A DNA stretch of 64,000 nt. Source: Eledone cirrhosa. Its lineage: Eukaryota. The stretch's first letter is position 1, and each line of letters opens with the position of its first letter. Positions 24,306-38,340 of this stretch are shown one piece after another. Under the pieces are notes generated by a model. The model worked only from the letters and a program-made list of their open reading frames with translations. It was not told the DNA's origin and made no database searches. The position numbers were made by a program, and so were the translations under genes. The DNA is taken from NCBI GenBank assembly GCA_964016885.1, contig OZ024745.1, forward strand, positions 93,868,001-93,932,000, written 5' to 3'.

Positions 24306-26654
24306 AGATTTCCAATTTAAATTAAAATCTTCCAGTATAATTTTATATAAGAACCTTATATTAAGTTACTACCTTACTAATGAAATAATGATTTTAGTAA
24401 ATCCTTCAAAATTCTTCATTAATTAATTAAAATAGAGTGTATTTCATTGGAAATGCAATCATGAAAGGGTTAAATGTAATTATATCCATGGTATACTGAA
24501 GATCAATGAAAGACTTCCAGCATATCCAAATCACTCTAAAGTAGTGTATGTAATTCAGTACTAAACAACACAGAAAAATACAGTGAGCTAATGACAGAGC
24601 CTCTAAGTAGTCACTGGATCAGCTAGAAATAGCAGTCAAATCTTCCTTAAATCACATACTACCATGTGAATAAAGGGAGGACACACTAGACAATGTAGTC
24701 CTAGATATACAAAAAGATAGGATTGTCATAGCTGAAGCCCCTTTGATCATTGGTCTGTTAGATCCGTGCCAACAAAGGTCAGTACTAAACAACAATATCT
24801 TCATCTTGAGCCAATGACAGAGCTCTTGCACAGTTATCAACTTCTTAGAAATAGAAGCAAAATCTCCTTCAAATCACATACCCTACCACTGTCTTAAAAA
24901 CAGGAAGGCAATATCAGATAATGTAGTCCTAGATACTCTATACCAAAAAAAAAAGAAAACAAGGACAAGATGGTCAAAGATTTACCAGAGACTAAATAAC
25001 AACAGGCAATACAGATGATTGATAAATGCAGAGAAAACAGACATTAAAATGATGTTGATGATATGTGTGACAGGATGTTTTGTTTACAAACACTAATTCA
25101 GATCAAATACCAAAGTTACTAAGTTAATTTCTACATATGATACAAGGTTTTTAACCACACCAACTTGTTCCAATTACACTTCATCTAATTAATATGGCAC
25201 TGACCAAAGTACAATCCATATCAAGTATGTTGGGTTTGCCAACATTGATATTAAAACCAAGTTGTAAGGTTACATTTTGTATATTTCTGAGGAGATTCTT
25301 TTCTTTGCACTCTGTATCAGCAACAATTGCACTATGAAGTTTGGTGAACACCCTAAGCTAAATGCAAACCTGCACTCATGATTGCTGCTAAACCAACTTA
25401 TGACCCACCCTCCAAATTCGGCAAACCGAACGCAGAACATCGATCATCCAAAACTTGTCAAACCGAACACAGACCGCAATAGCCACCAAATAAGGAAGAC
25501 AGATGTTAGAGGACACCATCTTTCCTGATGTGTGTTCAAATTGGAAAACAATTATGAATTTTTAATTCATGCACACAGATAGAAACTAAAATTATCACTT
25601 GAAATATGGGAAGTAAAAATTCAATTGGCAAAAGAGAGATTATAGCTCTTATATCAAATTTTGATTATATATTATTTAGAAGAAGTATGATTTACTAGTT
25701 TTGGTAGGAGAAGATTTGTAGTCCTAATAATGTTGAACGGTTTCAACAGCTATATTCTTGAAATGACCAGCCTAATGCACCCACTGGATTTTTTCCCTTA
25801 ACCTTTAACACACTGTGGCAACATAATGCACCATAGAATAATCTCCCCTTAATACATAATGCAGTGTCTAGGGAAACAACTCATAAAAATTATGAGTGTT
25901 AAAGGTTGACAGAAATATAGATGATCACATCTTTGAATTTCAGTGCCTTTTACGTTATTTAGCAATGCTTACTCGACCCAATTATTTAAATGCATATTGT
26001 CTCAATCTATACTCTTATACAGTTAGGAGGAATTTTACATACAAGTTCAAAATGTCTTTGATATAATATGTCACAGGTGTCCCAAATCAAATATAAATAA
26101 ATATTTGGTTTGTACAAGATATCTGTGGAATGAGAAAAGTAGACTGACCACCATCAACTATGTACTGTAGTCTGCTTAATGCCATTAGAAACATTTTTCA
26201 AATCATTTTAATTAGTTCAACTTAATGAACCCTCAACACTAAAACTTGGCTTTGAATCTCAACTGGCATAAGTTCACTTACACTGAAAATGCCCACTGGA
26301 AAAAGATGTACATCACAATGACTCATTTGAAACTATGACCCTTTGTGCACAGTCAAAAGGAAACCTTCAGCGTAATGAAGATGCTGCAGAGAAATGGCTT
26401 AGAATAAATACATTTCCATTCAATGCCATCCTAGTTCAATACCAAACCAGCCAACTTTACTTTCTATTCCTCTAAAGACAATACAATTAACAATCCGTAA
26501 AATACAAAGACTAATTAAATCAACCATACTCCACCCTAGAAAGAAATATGCTTTGTGGCAGTGCAATAAATCATTTTACATTAAGTCTGGCAGAAAAACC
26601 CAACAAAATAAAGTGCCTGATAACTCAAAGCCAGTGTGTATGTGTGTGCTCTAA

Positions 26655-26875
26655 TAATGGTTTCTTGTATAGGCATAAGGCCTGCAATTTTCGGGGAGGG
26701 GAAAGTGAATTAAATTGACCCTAGTGCATGATTGGTACTTTATTTTATCGACCCCTTAAGGATGAAAGGCAAAGTTAACCTCGGCAGGATTTGAACTTAG
26801 ATCATAAAAGGCTGTAACTCTATGCTGCAAAGCATAGCATCCGACCCTCTACCAATACTGCCAATCCATCACCCT
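26655..26875 (-). mobile_element. tRNA-headed SINE family B with Deu/Nin-like central domain
   Basis: Reverse strand tggcagtattggtagag...gttcaaatcctgccgaggttaactttgcctttcatcctt..ggggtcgataaaataaagtacca. Confidence 0.8.
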
Positions 26876-27399
26876 TGTATGTGCTTTAATAATGAAACGG
26901 TTGCTACGAAATAAATCCCTCTCTTAGTTTAGATAATACTGTGTATAACTCACTTAACCACTCTACTTACGGATTGATTATACAGGATACATTAAGAGAT
27001 CTTCAAAAACAATTCTTCTGGGGTTACCTTTCCACAAAAATTTGGTGGCAACCTAATCACATGTAAATACAGATGACAAGTTCATATTTGTAAATACAAA
27101 CAAGAATGGACTTAGAGAATAGCAGCAATAGCTTCTGAATTATCTCTAGATGTGTATGTTTGTAAGATAGTGGTATAAACACCTGTGATATCAAGCTTTA
27201 TTATATACCAAAGGTAGCCTCTATGTAGCCATTTGATCAGGCAGGAGATTGTGTTCAATTAAGAACATTTTTATCAGACTTCCATAGAATATCACAAAAG
27301 GCATCTTAGTTTATAAGATACAAGTTTTCAAAGAGCAAGTGCACTAACACCTCCTGTCACTTTTAACAGTGAACTAATGAATGACCTGTTAAAAACATA

Positions 27400-27720
27400 A
27401 CCAATGAAGCTATGTTCACAAATGCATTAACATTAGCAGTCCGTCTGAGGAGGGAGCCCTGGGAGGTTGGTGGCTGTTGCAGTGGGTGTCTCTGGCCATC
27501 GTCCGCGAGAATGCTTTTGCCGTCTTGTCTGCAGCCCTTCTGCCCCCATGCCCTAGGCCCAATCACCCTCCCCTTCACCCATCTCCTCTCTTCTGCAACA
27601 CCAGAGCTCTTGCCACCCCCCTTTCCCTTCTTTTTCTCTCTATATTTCCCTATTCTGTCTTTCCTTTTGTTTCCTTTTTTTTTTATTATTGCCATTATTA
27701 TAGTTGTCATTATTATCTAT
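27400..27720 (+). pseudogene. CRE-like RLE LINE 3' fragment
   Basis: WLLQWVSLAIVRENAFAVLSAA matches the WLFQR.SLAI.RGNA C-terminal motif, followed by a pyrimidine-rich 3' UTR. Confidence 0.65.
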
Positions 27721-28221
27721 ATATTAATAGCTTATACCTACGTACCGTACGTCCGACCGTGTGTGTCACGCTTTCAGTAATTACATAGTAATTTACCTAG
27801 ATAATATGAAAAACAGAATTCAACAGCGACGAAATGCCATAATTGAAGAGCAGCATTTGAGCAGTGAACAGTGTGAGAGTTAAAGTAATACCTCAAAACC
27901 AATCCACCCATGGCCACAGAAGGGGAATCACCTTTACTAGAAACATTGTATATAGGGAAGTGCTTTAAAGGATGTCTTTTATGTGTACTTTTATGAAATT
28001 AATTTTAAATAATCTTACATTATTATACATAAAATAAAGGAAAATATAATTGTTTATTTACCAAAATACTGCAAATCAAACAACTTTGATTAACTGTTAA
28101 ATATTCATTGGACAATATTTAAATTTCAAAAATTATCCGTTATTTTTTCACGGGTTCAGCTAGTTATTATTATTGTTACTGCAAATAAAATAACTAAGTT
28201 GACATTAGCAAACAAAAAAAT

Positions 28222-28445
28222 AATAATGGTTTTTGATATAGGCACAAGGCCGACAATTTTTTTTTGGTGGGGAGGGAAAGTCGATTAAATTTGCCCTAGT
28301 ATGTTACTGGTGTTTTATTTTATTGACCCCGTAAGGATGAAAGGCAAAGCTAACCTCAGTGGGATTTGAACTCAGAACGTAAAGGGACGTAATTATGCTG
28401 CGAAGCATGGTGTCCGATGCTCTACTGATACTACCAACCCACCAA
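28222..28445 (-). mobile_element. SINE family B copy
   Basis: Homologous to 26655-26875. Confidence 0.8.
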
Positions 28446-28816
28446 ATTTACTTAATAATAAATAATACCATTTCAATTAAGAATATTCAGTTGTTAAATC
28501 AACTGAACATCCAGCTTGTTAAATTAAGATGTAAGTGGTTGAGTATTCCACAAACATTTGTACCAGTAATAGTTGACTGACAGGATTTGAACTCAGAACA
28601 CAATGAGCCAGAAAAAATATGCTTCTTCCTACCTCATATTAAATGTCTTTACATGAGATACTTGGCATTGGCAAAATCCTTATAACAGTGAATAGAATGT
28701 TTTGCAGTATTTGTTCTGGCCTTCTGCACCTGCTGAGTTCAACTTTGCTGGTCATTCTTTAGAGGTTAATAAAAAAAAGTACCATTACAGTACTGAGGTT
28801 GATCCTTTCTCTCATT

Positions 28817-30520
28817 TACCTCTATTGAACAGTGACCCATTCATTAGAGGTAGTAACTGACCCAACAGTAACCCAGTTCAACACAGGTGGTAACCAATCC
28901 AACAGTGACCCATTCATTAGAGGTAATAACTGACCCAACAGTAACCCAGTTCAACACAGGTGGTAACCAATCCAACAGTGACCCATTCATTAGAGGTAAT
29001 AACTGACCCAACAGTAACCCAGTTCAACACAGGTGGTAACCAATCCAACAGTGACCCATTCATTAGAGGTAGTAACTGACCCAACAGTAACCCAGTTCAA
29101 CACAGGTGGTAACCAATCCAACAGTGACCCATTCATTAGAGGTAATAACTGACCCAACAGTAACCCAGTTCAACACAGGTGGTAACCAATCCAACAGTGA
29201 CCCATTCATTAGAGGTAATAACTGACCCAACAGTAACCCAGTTCAACACAGGTGGTAACCAATCCAACAGTGACCCATTCATTAGAGGTAATAACTGACC
29301 CAACAGTAACCCAGTTCAACACAGGTGGTAACCAATCCAACAGTGACCCAGTTCAATAGAGGTAGTAACTGACCCAACAGTAACCCAGTTCAACACAGGT
29401 GGTAACCAATCCAACAGTGACCCATTCATTAGAGGTGGTAACTGACCCAACAGTAACCCAGTTCAACACAGGTGGTAACCAATCCAACAGTGACCCATTC
29501 ATTAGAGGTAGTAACTGACCCAACAGTGACCCAGTTCAATAGAGGTAGTAACTGACCCAACAGTGACCCAGTTCAATAGAGGTAGTAACTGACCCAACAG
29601 TGACCCAGTTCAATAGAGGTAATAACTGACCCAACAGTGACCCAGTTCATTAGAGGTAGTAACTGACCCAACAGTGACTCAGTTCAATAGCGGTAGTAAC
29701 TGACCCAACAGTGACAGTTCAATAGAGGTAGTAACTGACCCAACAGTGACCCAGTTCAATAGAGGTAGTAACTGACCCAACAGTGACAGTTCAATAGAGG
29801 TAGTAACTGACCCAACAGTGACCCAGTTCAATAGAGGCACTAACCCATCAGTGACCCAGTTCAATAGAGGCACTAACTAAACCAACAGTAACCCAGTTCA
29901 ATAGAGGCACTAACTAAACCAACAGTAACCCAGTTCAATAGAGGCACTAACTAAACCAACAGTAACCAAGTTCAATAGAGGCACTAACTAAACCAACAGT
30001 AACCAAGTTCAATAGAGGCACTAACCCAACAGTGACCCAGTTCAATAGAGGCACTAACTAACCCAACAGTAACCAAGTTCAATAGAGGCACTAACCCAAC
30101 AGTAACCAAGTTCAATAGAGGCACTAACTAAACCAACAGTAACCCAGTTCAATAGAGGCACTAACTAAACCAACAGTAACCCAGTTCAATAGAGGTGGTA
30201 ACCAACCCAACATTGCCCCTAGTTCAATAGAGGTGATAACCGATCCAACAGTGACCCAGTTCAATACAGGCACTAACCCAACAGTGACCCAGTTCAATAG
30301 AGGCACTAACTAAACCAACAGTAACCCAGTTCAATAGAGGCACTAGCTAAACCAACAGTAACCCAGTTCAATAGAGGCACTAACTAAACCAACAGTAACC
30401 CAGTTCAATAGAGGTGGTAACCAACCCAACATTGACCCTAGTTCAATAGAGGTGATAACCGATTCAACATTGACCCAGTTCAATACAAGCACCAATTGAC
30501 CCAGTTCAATAGAGGCACTA
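28817..30520. repeat. Minisatellite of 33-37-bp units with a 73-bp dimeric higher-order repeat in its left part
   Basis: Alternating 36-bp (aacagtgacccattcattagaggtagtaactgaccc) and 37-bp (aacagtaacccagttcaacacaggtggtaaccaatcc) units starting at 28828, 28901 and 28974. Monomeric variants after about 29520. Confidence 0.95.
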
Positions 30521-31924
30521 ATTTCATTGAGTCAAGAGTTATGTAAAGTATAGTCGTTCTGGTGGACAACGTCAGTGAAATGCTTAAACAGACAGAAATA
30601 GAACGGTAATACATGACGAACAAAAGGTGGAGTGAGATAATCAAATAGTATTTTTTTTTAAGTTGGAAATGAAAATAGACAATATGAGAATGATTAAAGA
30701 GAGACTGGAAATTATGAAATACGTAATACACATTAAACCAGTGGCGAATTAGGTTAGTGCTGGCCTTGTATATCCTATAAAGGAACTAGATTTTTAAAAA
30801 CAAATGTGACGTAAAGGTTCAATGCATTATAGTACTATAATAGAAAGCACTTAGCGCGAAGCCAGTAACAAATGACACTGTTGGTGCTAGGTTAACCCAA
30901 AACTCGACGAGACAATTAGATCATATGTATGTATGTGTGTGTGGTGTGTGTATATATATATATATATAAACACACACACCGCGACTGTCGACGGCTTGTC
31001 ACGCTTGTAAAAACATAATATAAACGGTTTTTTAAGTATTTGTATTTATGTATTTATGTATAAAAATTTACCATGAGTAATGTAAGAATCCAATATATAA
31101 ATATGCATTACATAAGCTTCAAAGCATAACCTGATAAAGAGATTGTCGTGACGTACCCAAGAAAAATCAATATTTCCACGAACATATACCCTCGTATATT
31201 TGACGAAAATAATAAACAGATCACACACAAGTGTTCACAGACATGTACTACGGACATTTCGCTGTACCCCGTTTTCTTTTGTTCGTGCGTTTCATTATTT
31301 AGTGATAATTTCATAACAGTTTATTATAAATCTTCTTGGAGGACTCTACACACTTCTTTAACAGTAAATTGCTACATAACTTCGTTTATATTGCTTTGAT
31401 ACCACGAACTTTTGAAACTGTTTTATGAAATGGACATCTATATATCGATATGCACTTGACCAAATACCATTTATCGTAAACACATGTGGCATATATGAAT
31501 GTCATTGTTTAAAATTTCATTTAATTTATGAAAATCAAATGCGGATTCGAAGTTTTGCACATGAATCATTAAATTCAATGGTAATATTGTAAATATAAAA
31601 ATAAATAGTTTAAATAATGAAAAAAAAAAAAAAAAATGACATCAAAATTATCAATAATGAAACCAAGAGGAAAAAGAAAAATGAATTGGGACAGCGAAAA
31701 GTCACAAGTGTATTTATATGAAATTGCAGAAAAGTCTCAACACAACAGAAACTGAACAGAATTTTGGAGTAGTTAAAAACAAGGAAATAAGATTAGAATG
31801 ACAGCAGGACGGAACACTAACAAACGAAATGAAATTAAGACAACACAAACAACAGAACGATGTCTTGAGATACCACCTTAGTCATATGGACCAACCTACA
31901 TCCCTATTGTTTTTTGTTTGTGGA

Positions 31925-32165
31925 GGCGGCATATTAAGTACAAGGTCTATGTTTATACAGTTGAAAAGTACAGTCAACTGGGAATAATTGTCAACCATTG
32001 GTCGGACGCCATGCTTTGACGCAAAGAGTTACGGCCTTTTCCATTATGAGTTCAAATCCCGCCGAGGTTAACTTTGCCTTTCATCCTTACGGGGTCGATA
32101 AAATAAAGTACCAGTAATACACTGGGATAATTGCTGGCCTTGTGCCAAAAGTAAAAACAATTATT
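31925..32165 (+). mobile_element. SINE family B copy
   Basis: gagttcaaatcccgccgaggttaactttgcctttcatccttacggggtcgataaaataaagtaccag. The 5' boundary is uncertain. Confidence 0.75.
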
Positions 32166-32269
32166 TTTACTCGACTATAACCTTCCAGTGTATAACTAAT
32201 AGTGGTTCTATCGACAATTCAAGGAATATTAATGTTATTCATAGCGAGAATTAATTACAACAGTAAGAG

Positions 32270-32645
32270 GACTTGATTCTCTCATGCTTCTTGGGGCCTG
32301 AGACTTTAGGGGAGGTGGGAATTGGAAAGTGATGCCTATGCTTTGATTTTCTTCTAGATCCTATTAGCTACTTAACTGGGACGATTCCAAACTGAACTCA
32401 AAACCAAGTTCAGGATGTTTAGGGGAGCTGGGTCGCTGACAATGAAGTTGTCGACTCGCTTTACCGACCTATCAGGTGATACCTGCGAGGGTACTTGGTT
32501 ATTCTAGGGTCTTAGCCTCGCTGTCACCCGCAACAATGCTGTGTTGGTTTGCTTCAGCAATTATAACAGGGAAGCTCGAGCACACCTTGTGGTGGCGTGT
32601 GATTCAGTATACGTGTCTTCTCCGACTTTTTCTTTTTTTTTTTAA
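32270..32645 (+). pseudogene. Degenerate CRE-like RLE LINE 3' fragment
   Basis: RMFRGAGSLTMKLSTRFTDLSGDTCEGTWLF*GLSLAVTRNNA aligns with ETFGGVGPLTARFLSSLAAHLIEVTGKSRDGAWLFQRI of the 36.5-38.3 kb copy. T-rich tail. Confidence 0.65.
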
Positions 32646-33369
32646 ATATAAATTGTTTATTTGTATGCATAACTATGTGAAATAAAGATGAATCTTGAAT
32701 CAACAAAATGTGGTAAATAAAATTTATAAATGAAGGTAAATGCGATTGAGAGACGTTCACTCCTTACCCGTGACTTATAAGGATGTTTTTACTTCGACTT
32801 TTAGTTTGATTGATCTTTTATAATTCAATTTGTCTAGGATCACTAGTTTATTATTGTGGTCGTTTACTACTAAAGTCGCTGGTGGATTCAACCTAGAAAA
32901 TTATCTGTATATATATTTTTTATCAAAGATGAAAACAGAAATTTTATTCAAATTAAACTCACAAAGTTGGCTTTAAAACCGTTGATATTTACATAGATAC
33001 GAAAAACAAAGACAAAAATAAAATTGAGTAATGAGAAAAAAAGGTGAAGGGGTAAAGAAGGGCAGATCTGGTTGTGTGGGAAAGTAGAGGAAAGGACTGT
33101 AAATGCCATTAGAGTAAAGGGAAAGGAAAAAAGACTATTAGGCCACAGAAGTAATGGGGGGGGGGGGTCTGGGCCTAGGGCGCGCAGCAATTGGGCTGCG
33201 CCCCGCGGACGAAACTGCAGACCCAACAACTAGTAGGACAATTGTCTAAAAGCTAGTTTTTCGTTGCTTAATTCTCTCCTTTCCCTTTCATTTTTTTGTT
33301 TTTGTTTTATTGAAATATGTTTTAATTGTACATATGATAGCTTCAGTTGAGTAGACTGGAACAGCGTGT

Positions 33370-33490
33370 AATAATTGTTTCTACTTTTGGCACAAGGCCA
33401 GCAATTATTCCAGTACATTACTGGTACTTTATTTTATCGACCCCGTAAGGATGAAAGGCAAAGTTAACCTCGGCGGGATTTGAACTCAGA
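33370..33490 (-). mobile_element. SINE family B partial copy
   Basis: ggcacaaggccagcaatt...ttttatcgaccccgtaaggatgaaaggcaaagttaacctcggcgggatttgaactcaga. Confidence 0.8.
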
Positions 33491-36001
33491 TCATCAGCGT
33501 GTAATAATGTCTTGTTGAAGCACACAACACATTGCCAGAATTCGAATTCACGATTTTACGGTCATGAACGAAACACTAACCACTTTTGTATACCCAGTAC
33601 GTCATTAACTGTTGAAGCATGTACATATCGTATAGGTTTGTGAATAGACAAAACAACACTATGCTGCAGACATTGGCGTGTTTTGAAATTTCAAATTGTC
33701 AAAATATGTCAACGGTGGGAAGGAATATATTCAACAATGTTGTCTACGTTATGAAAACGTTTCGGTAAAATAAAGGCTCTTTTTTTATTGGACAGGAACA
33801 CAATTACAGGTATGAGTTATGTTCATGAGCAAATAATCTGTCATTATTGAGCTTATATCGATCTGTTTCTTACCGGTGGTCTCAATCAAGAAAGAGATGG
33901 ACGTCTTATGGTGGAAATAGGCGAAACCAAATCATTTCCACGGAAAGTATGCAAGATGTCAATATAAAGAAGGCCACTGGGTATTTAGATGTAAATAGTT
34001 CGAGGAGATGCAAAGACGTGTTTCCTCAGAAATACCAGATAGAAGAACAGATACACTGCTCATTATTATAGGAAATAAAATTGTTCGTGGATCAATATGG
34101 TCTCACAATTGGCGTGTGAATAAGGAATAGAACCACAACAGAAATGTCTTCAATCATGCTCACACACAAGGTATTAAGTCCTTTTGATTATAAGTCAATA
34201 ACAAATCGAAGCGGTTGAATGGTACATCTGAAGAACTTTCCAATAGTTACTTGAAAGAATCCGAGTAGAAATGTCGCAATGACACATGAACATAGTGATG
34301 AACGAACATTTGAAAAGATTATGATTGTTATCTGTGAACAATATGTTCTGTAATTATTCACATAGTTCATGGATTTGGTATTTCATAATATAACTTACGT
34401 TGATTTGCTGTAAATTACAGTGGTAGAGCACTGCCCATAAATGCTTTTCATTCGTTTAATATCATTGCTGTAACAATATTGACTTCATTTGTTTAAAATC
34501 CTCATTGTTAGAGCACTATTATTAGTGTTGATATTATTCATTAATTGAAAAATTGTATATAATTTTATTTTACGATGGAGCCTCATACTTTTCTTATAAA
34601 AAAAAATCTAAACGATCTGATACAACAGTATTAAACCACGACAAACACGAAAATGAAACAATAATAAAGTAAAAGAATCACAAATATGAATAACAACAGC
34701 AAGGATTAATTCTATAACAACAAATAAATTAAGAACAACGCAAGATAAAAGCTAGTTTGACAAAGTCGACCGTTATATTGAAAGATCGCCCACATGATAA
34801 ATATATAAATACATATATTAGAGAGAAATATTTGTACACAGTCATTATAACATACACGAGAAAGAAACGTAGTTATAAATATTTAAATATACACTAAATG
34901 TATATACAAAAAATGACATTTAATATGTCTAGACATAAAGATTATATTATCAATTCATAGACAGATATAAATAAACAAACATTATATATGTATGTATTAC
35001 TAATACAGAAAAGGCTAGACATGAAGCCAAGTGACAGAAGGAAAAGTGAAAGAATAGAACATAAATTTGATAACAGAAAATTCAAGTAGGGAGAAGATAA
35101 GTTTAAGAGAAAACAAAGAAGACTGTTTACCAATATTACTTTTAATCTTACCTTTCAAGAAATTTGTTATTATTTCCTAGTACAGTGTGAGGACACCTAT
35201 TTGCAGTACATTACATTTAATACAGAGCTTCGTTTGCAGCCGCCACTCAATTGGGTGGTTTAGCATAGAGTATTAGTAGCAGTAACAAAACTAATAGCAG
35301 TTGTAGTAATAGTAAATTTAGTACTATTCACCCGTGCATTAAATCGGATATTTACCAAGTAACCTTTTATCAGTGTGACCGCGTGAGCTTAGAGTTATCA
35401 ACAGGAAAACACCAGTTGTAAAGCGTTTTTTATAAAGTAGTTTTTACAAACAGATAAACTCACAGAAACAAACAAAAAAATACAACACTTTGGTTGTTCG
35501 GATGAATAAGATATTCTAAGAGGAAGCTGCTAACAAAATATTTGTAAGTCAAGCTATCTACACGGTCGGTATTATATGTAGTAATAGATTTTTTGGAGCC
35601 GACTTTTTTTTTATCAGGGGTGAAAGTAAGAGACTAGTTTACCACTCTCTCATTTTGATACTATTTTAATTGCTTTTCTCTCCTGTCTCTGTTTCTCTAT
35701 CTACCTACCTACGCCTTCCATATTCACCTGACCTCCTACAAGTATTGTTATAGGGGCGTGATTTTTTTTATATATATAAGAAACTTTTCTTTATATTAAA
35801 TCATTCAGTAATCTCAAATAAGACTATCTGTTTAAATCTTATCAAATAACAAAGTAAAAATTACGTGAGTTGTCCAAGTCGATATTTAATTCTATGTATT
35901 TTACTGTTGGGTAAATGTTCGACTGGTTGGTAGTTAGATAAAAAAAAAAAAAAGAAAACATATACTCTCCGAAATAAAAAATAAAAAACTTTATAATCTT
36001 A

Positions 36002-36102
36002 TACAGGGTGTCCCCAAAAATATATACACAGTTCAATGGCACTCTAATAAATATTGCCTGTACAGGTAATCAAAGTGTGTATACATTTTGGGGGGCACCC
36101 TA
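36002..36102. mobile_element. Tc1/mariner-type MITE (about 100 bp)
   Basis: TA-cagggtgtccccaaaaatatatacac ... gtgtatacattttggggggcaccc-ta, imperfect TIRs at TA sites. Confidence 0.75.
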
Positions 36103-36529
36103 TATATATATAATCACTGGGGTTAATTACCCTAGAGACGTCATCCAAATGAAAAACAATAATTATGTTAGTGTCAGCATATTTAATGTAATAAACGTTA
36201 GCATTACATTCCTAAATTAGACATGTTTTTGCTGTGAGGGAGAAAAAACATTTCGCTAAATACAGAAGACAACTTCGGGCATGTTTTGGTATTATTAAGC
36301 ATCTTCAGCGAAGCTTAAACTTCACTGTACTGCTCAAAGTAGAGATGGAGGGGTTACAAAGTAAATGTAAACAATCAGGTAGGCGAATTGGCGTGAAAAA
36401 TTACCATTTTAAAAAAATCTGTCATTATTACTCAGACTATTTGCATGAAAACCAATAGTTGAAATATTTAATGTAGTCAGAACAAAAAAAAAATCTAATT
36501 ACAATACTTAGGCATTGAGTAAAAGACAA

Positions 36530-38340
36530 CCTTCAACTCCGTCAGCCGCGACATCGTCCTCGGTTCAGTAAGAGAGAGGGTCCCACAAATCTACCACTTT
36601 GCTTGGCAGGCTTATCGGGAGCCCTCCTACCTCTCTTTCGGTGACCAGATCATGACCTCTGCCTCAGGAATCCAACAGGGTGACCCACTCGGGCCCGCTT
36701 TGTTTGCACTTGGCATTGATGACGTCACCAAGATGGGGGTTGATTTGAACCTCAATGTCTGGTACCTTGACGACGCCTGTATGGGGGGAACTCCGGATAT
36801 GGTTCTCGCCACTGCCAACAGGATGGTGGAGGAGCTTGGGCACCGGGGTCTCCAGATCAATAGCTCCAAATGTGAGCTCTGGCTCCTCAACCACCCAGCT
36901 TCTCAATACCATCAGCTGATCGACCTGTTCGCAGAGTCCTTCCCTTCCATCGTGGTCCCTCCCCCGTCGGCATGGTGCTCCTTAGGAGCCCCAATAACAG
37001 ACCTGGCCTTCGAGTCAACTTTCCAATCGAAGATGGTTGGCCTTGAGCAGCTGCTGAGGAATATCAAAGTTATCGAACCCCATCAAGGTTTCTTCATACT
37101 CAGGAACTACCTGTCTATTCCTAAGCTTCTGTATCTGCTCAGGGTCAGTTCCTCTCACAGATTTCCGTCCTGCCTCCAGTACTTCGACGACCTAATCTTC
37201 GAGAGACTCGAGTGTCTGGTCAATGTTAGACACTCTCTGGTGTCCCGTGATCAGGCTGCATTGCCCAAGCGATTTGGGGGTCTTGGTCTTCGTAAGTGTT
37301 CGTCCCTCTCTCTCCCCTGCTTCCTTTCCTCCACCCACGCTTGCTCCACCCTGGTGAGCAGCATCCTCTCCTCTCCAACATGGACTAGTTCCAACAGGGA
37401 GTTGGGTGAAGCTCTCCAGCAATGGAGTGAGTTGGGCTTGTCTCTTCCTGAGAAGGCGGAGGACAGTCGAAGTCAGAGAGCTTGGGACAGCATAAGTTTG
37501 AAGGCCACCTTTGACTCCCTCTTCATCCAGTCAGATCAGTTTGCAAGGTGCCGCTTACTATCTGCCAGCGCCAAATACTCTGGCGACTGGGTCAATGCCC
37601 TACTCGTGGCCAACATTGGTGGTCTACTCAGCCTGGACGAACTTCGTGTCTCCATCCCCCTCAGAGTGGGAGCTGATGTCTGCATGGGTTTGAGGTGCCG
37701 ATGCGGCAAACTCCTCGACTCTACAGGCCTCCACGGTCTTTCTTGCCGCCTGAATGCCGGCTGCTTCAGCGTCACATGGAGCTAAACCTCATTCTGAAGA
37801 GAGCTTTGGCCCGGGCGAATATCCCATCAGTCTTGGAACCTCTGGGTTGTCCAGAAGTGACGGCAAAAGACCTGACAACCTTACCCTGTGCCCCTGGTCG
37901 AGAGGCAGGTGCCTTGTCTGGGACGTCACTGTTAGTGATTCTTTTGCTCTTTCCCACATCCTGGATACTACAGTTAGGACGAGAGCCACAGCTTCTGCAG
38001 CCGAGCGGAGTAAGACCCTCAAATACTCTAATCTGTCGGCCAGCTACATTTTTCAGCCTGTGGCTTTCGAGACGTTTGGGGGAGTCGGGCCGCTGACTGC
38101 GAGGTTTCTTTCCTCACTGGCAGCTCACCTAATAGAGGTGACTGGCAAATCTCGCGATGGCGCTTGGCTGTTTCAGCGCATCACCTCGCCATCACCCAAG
38201 GCGCGCTGCGAGTGTGCTGGCTCGCCTCAAAAATCATTAGAAAGGTTGCCCAGTACTCCCCGCGACGTTGCTGTCTTTTGCTCTGGTGTTGGCTCGGTTG
38301 TTCATCCCTTCCTTTACATTTTCTTTATGAATGAATCCTG
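36530..38340 (+). pseudogene. CRE-like non-LTR retrotransposon (RT, CCHC zinc knuckle, restriction-like endonuclease), 5'-truncated, frameshifted
   Basis: FNSVSRD...GIQQGDPLGPALF...WYLDDA...LGAPI...LPKRFGGLGLR; CRCGKLLDSTGLHGLSC; RH..LN...LEP; DGKRPD...WDVTV..; PVAFETFG; WLFQRI. Frameshifts near 37765, 37847 and 38185. Confidence 0.9.

Noticed and set aside
28828-30520. 36/37-bp repeats of CRISPR-like length
   Set aside because: Units are directly tandem with no unique spacers.
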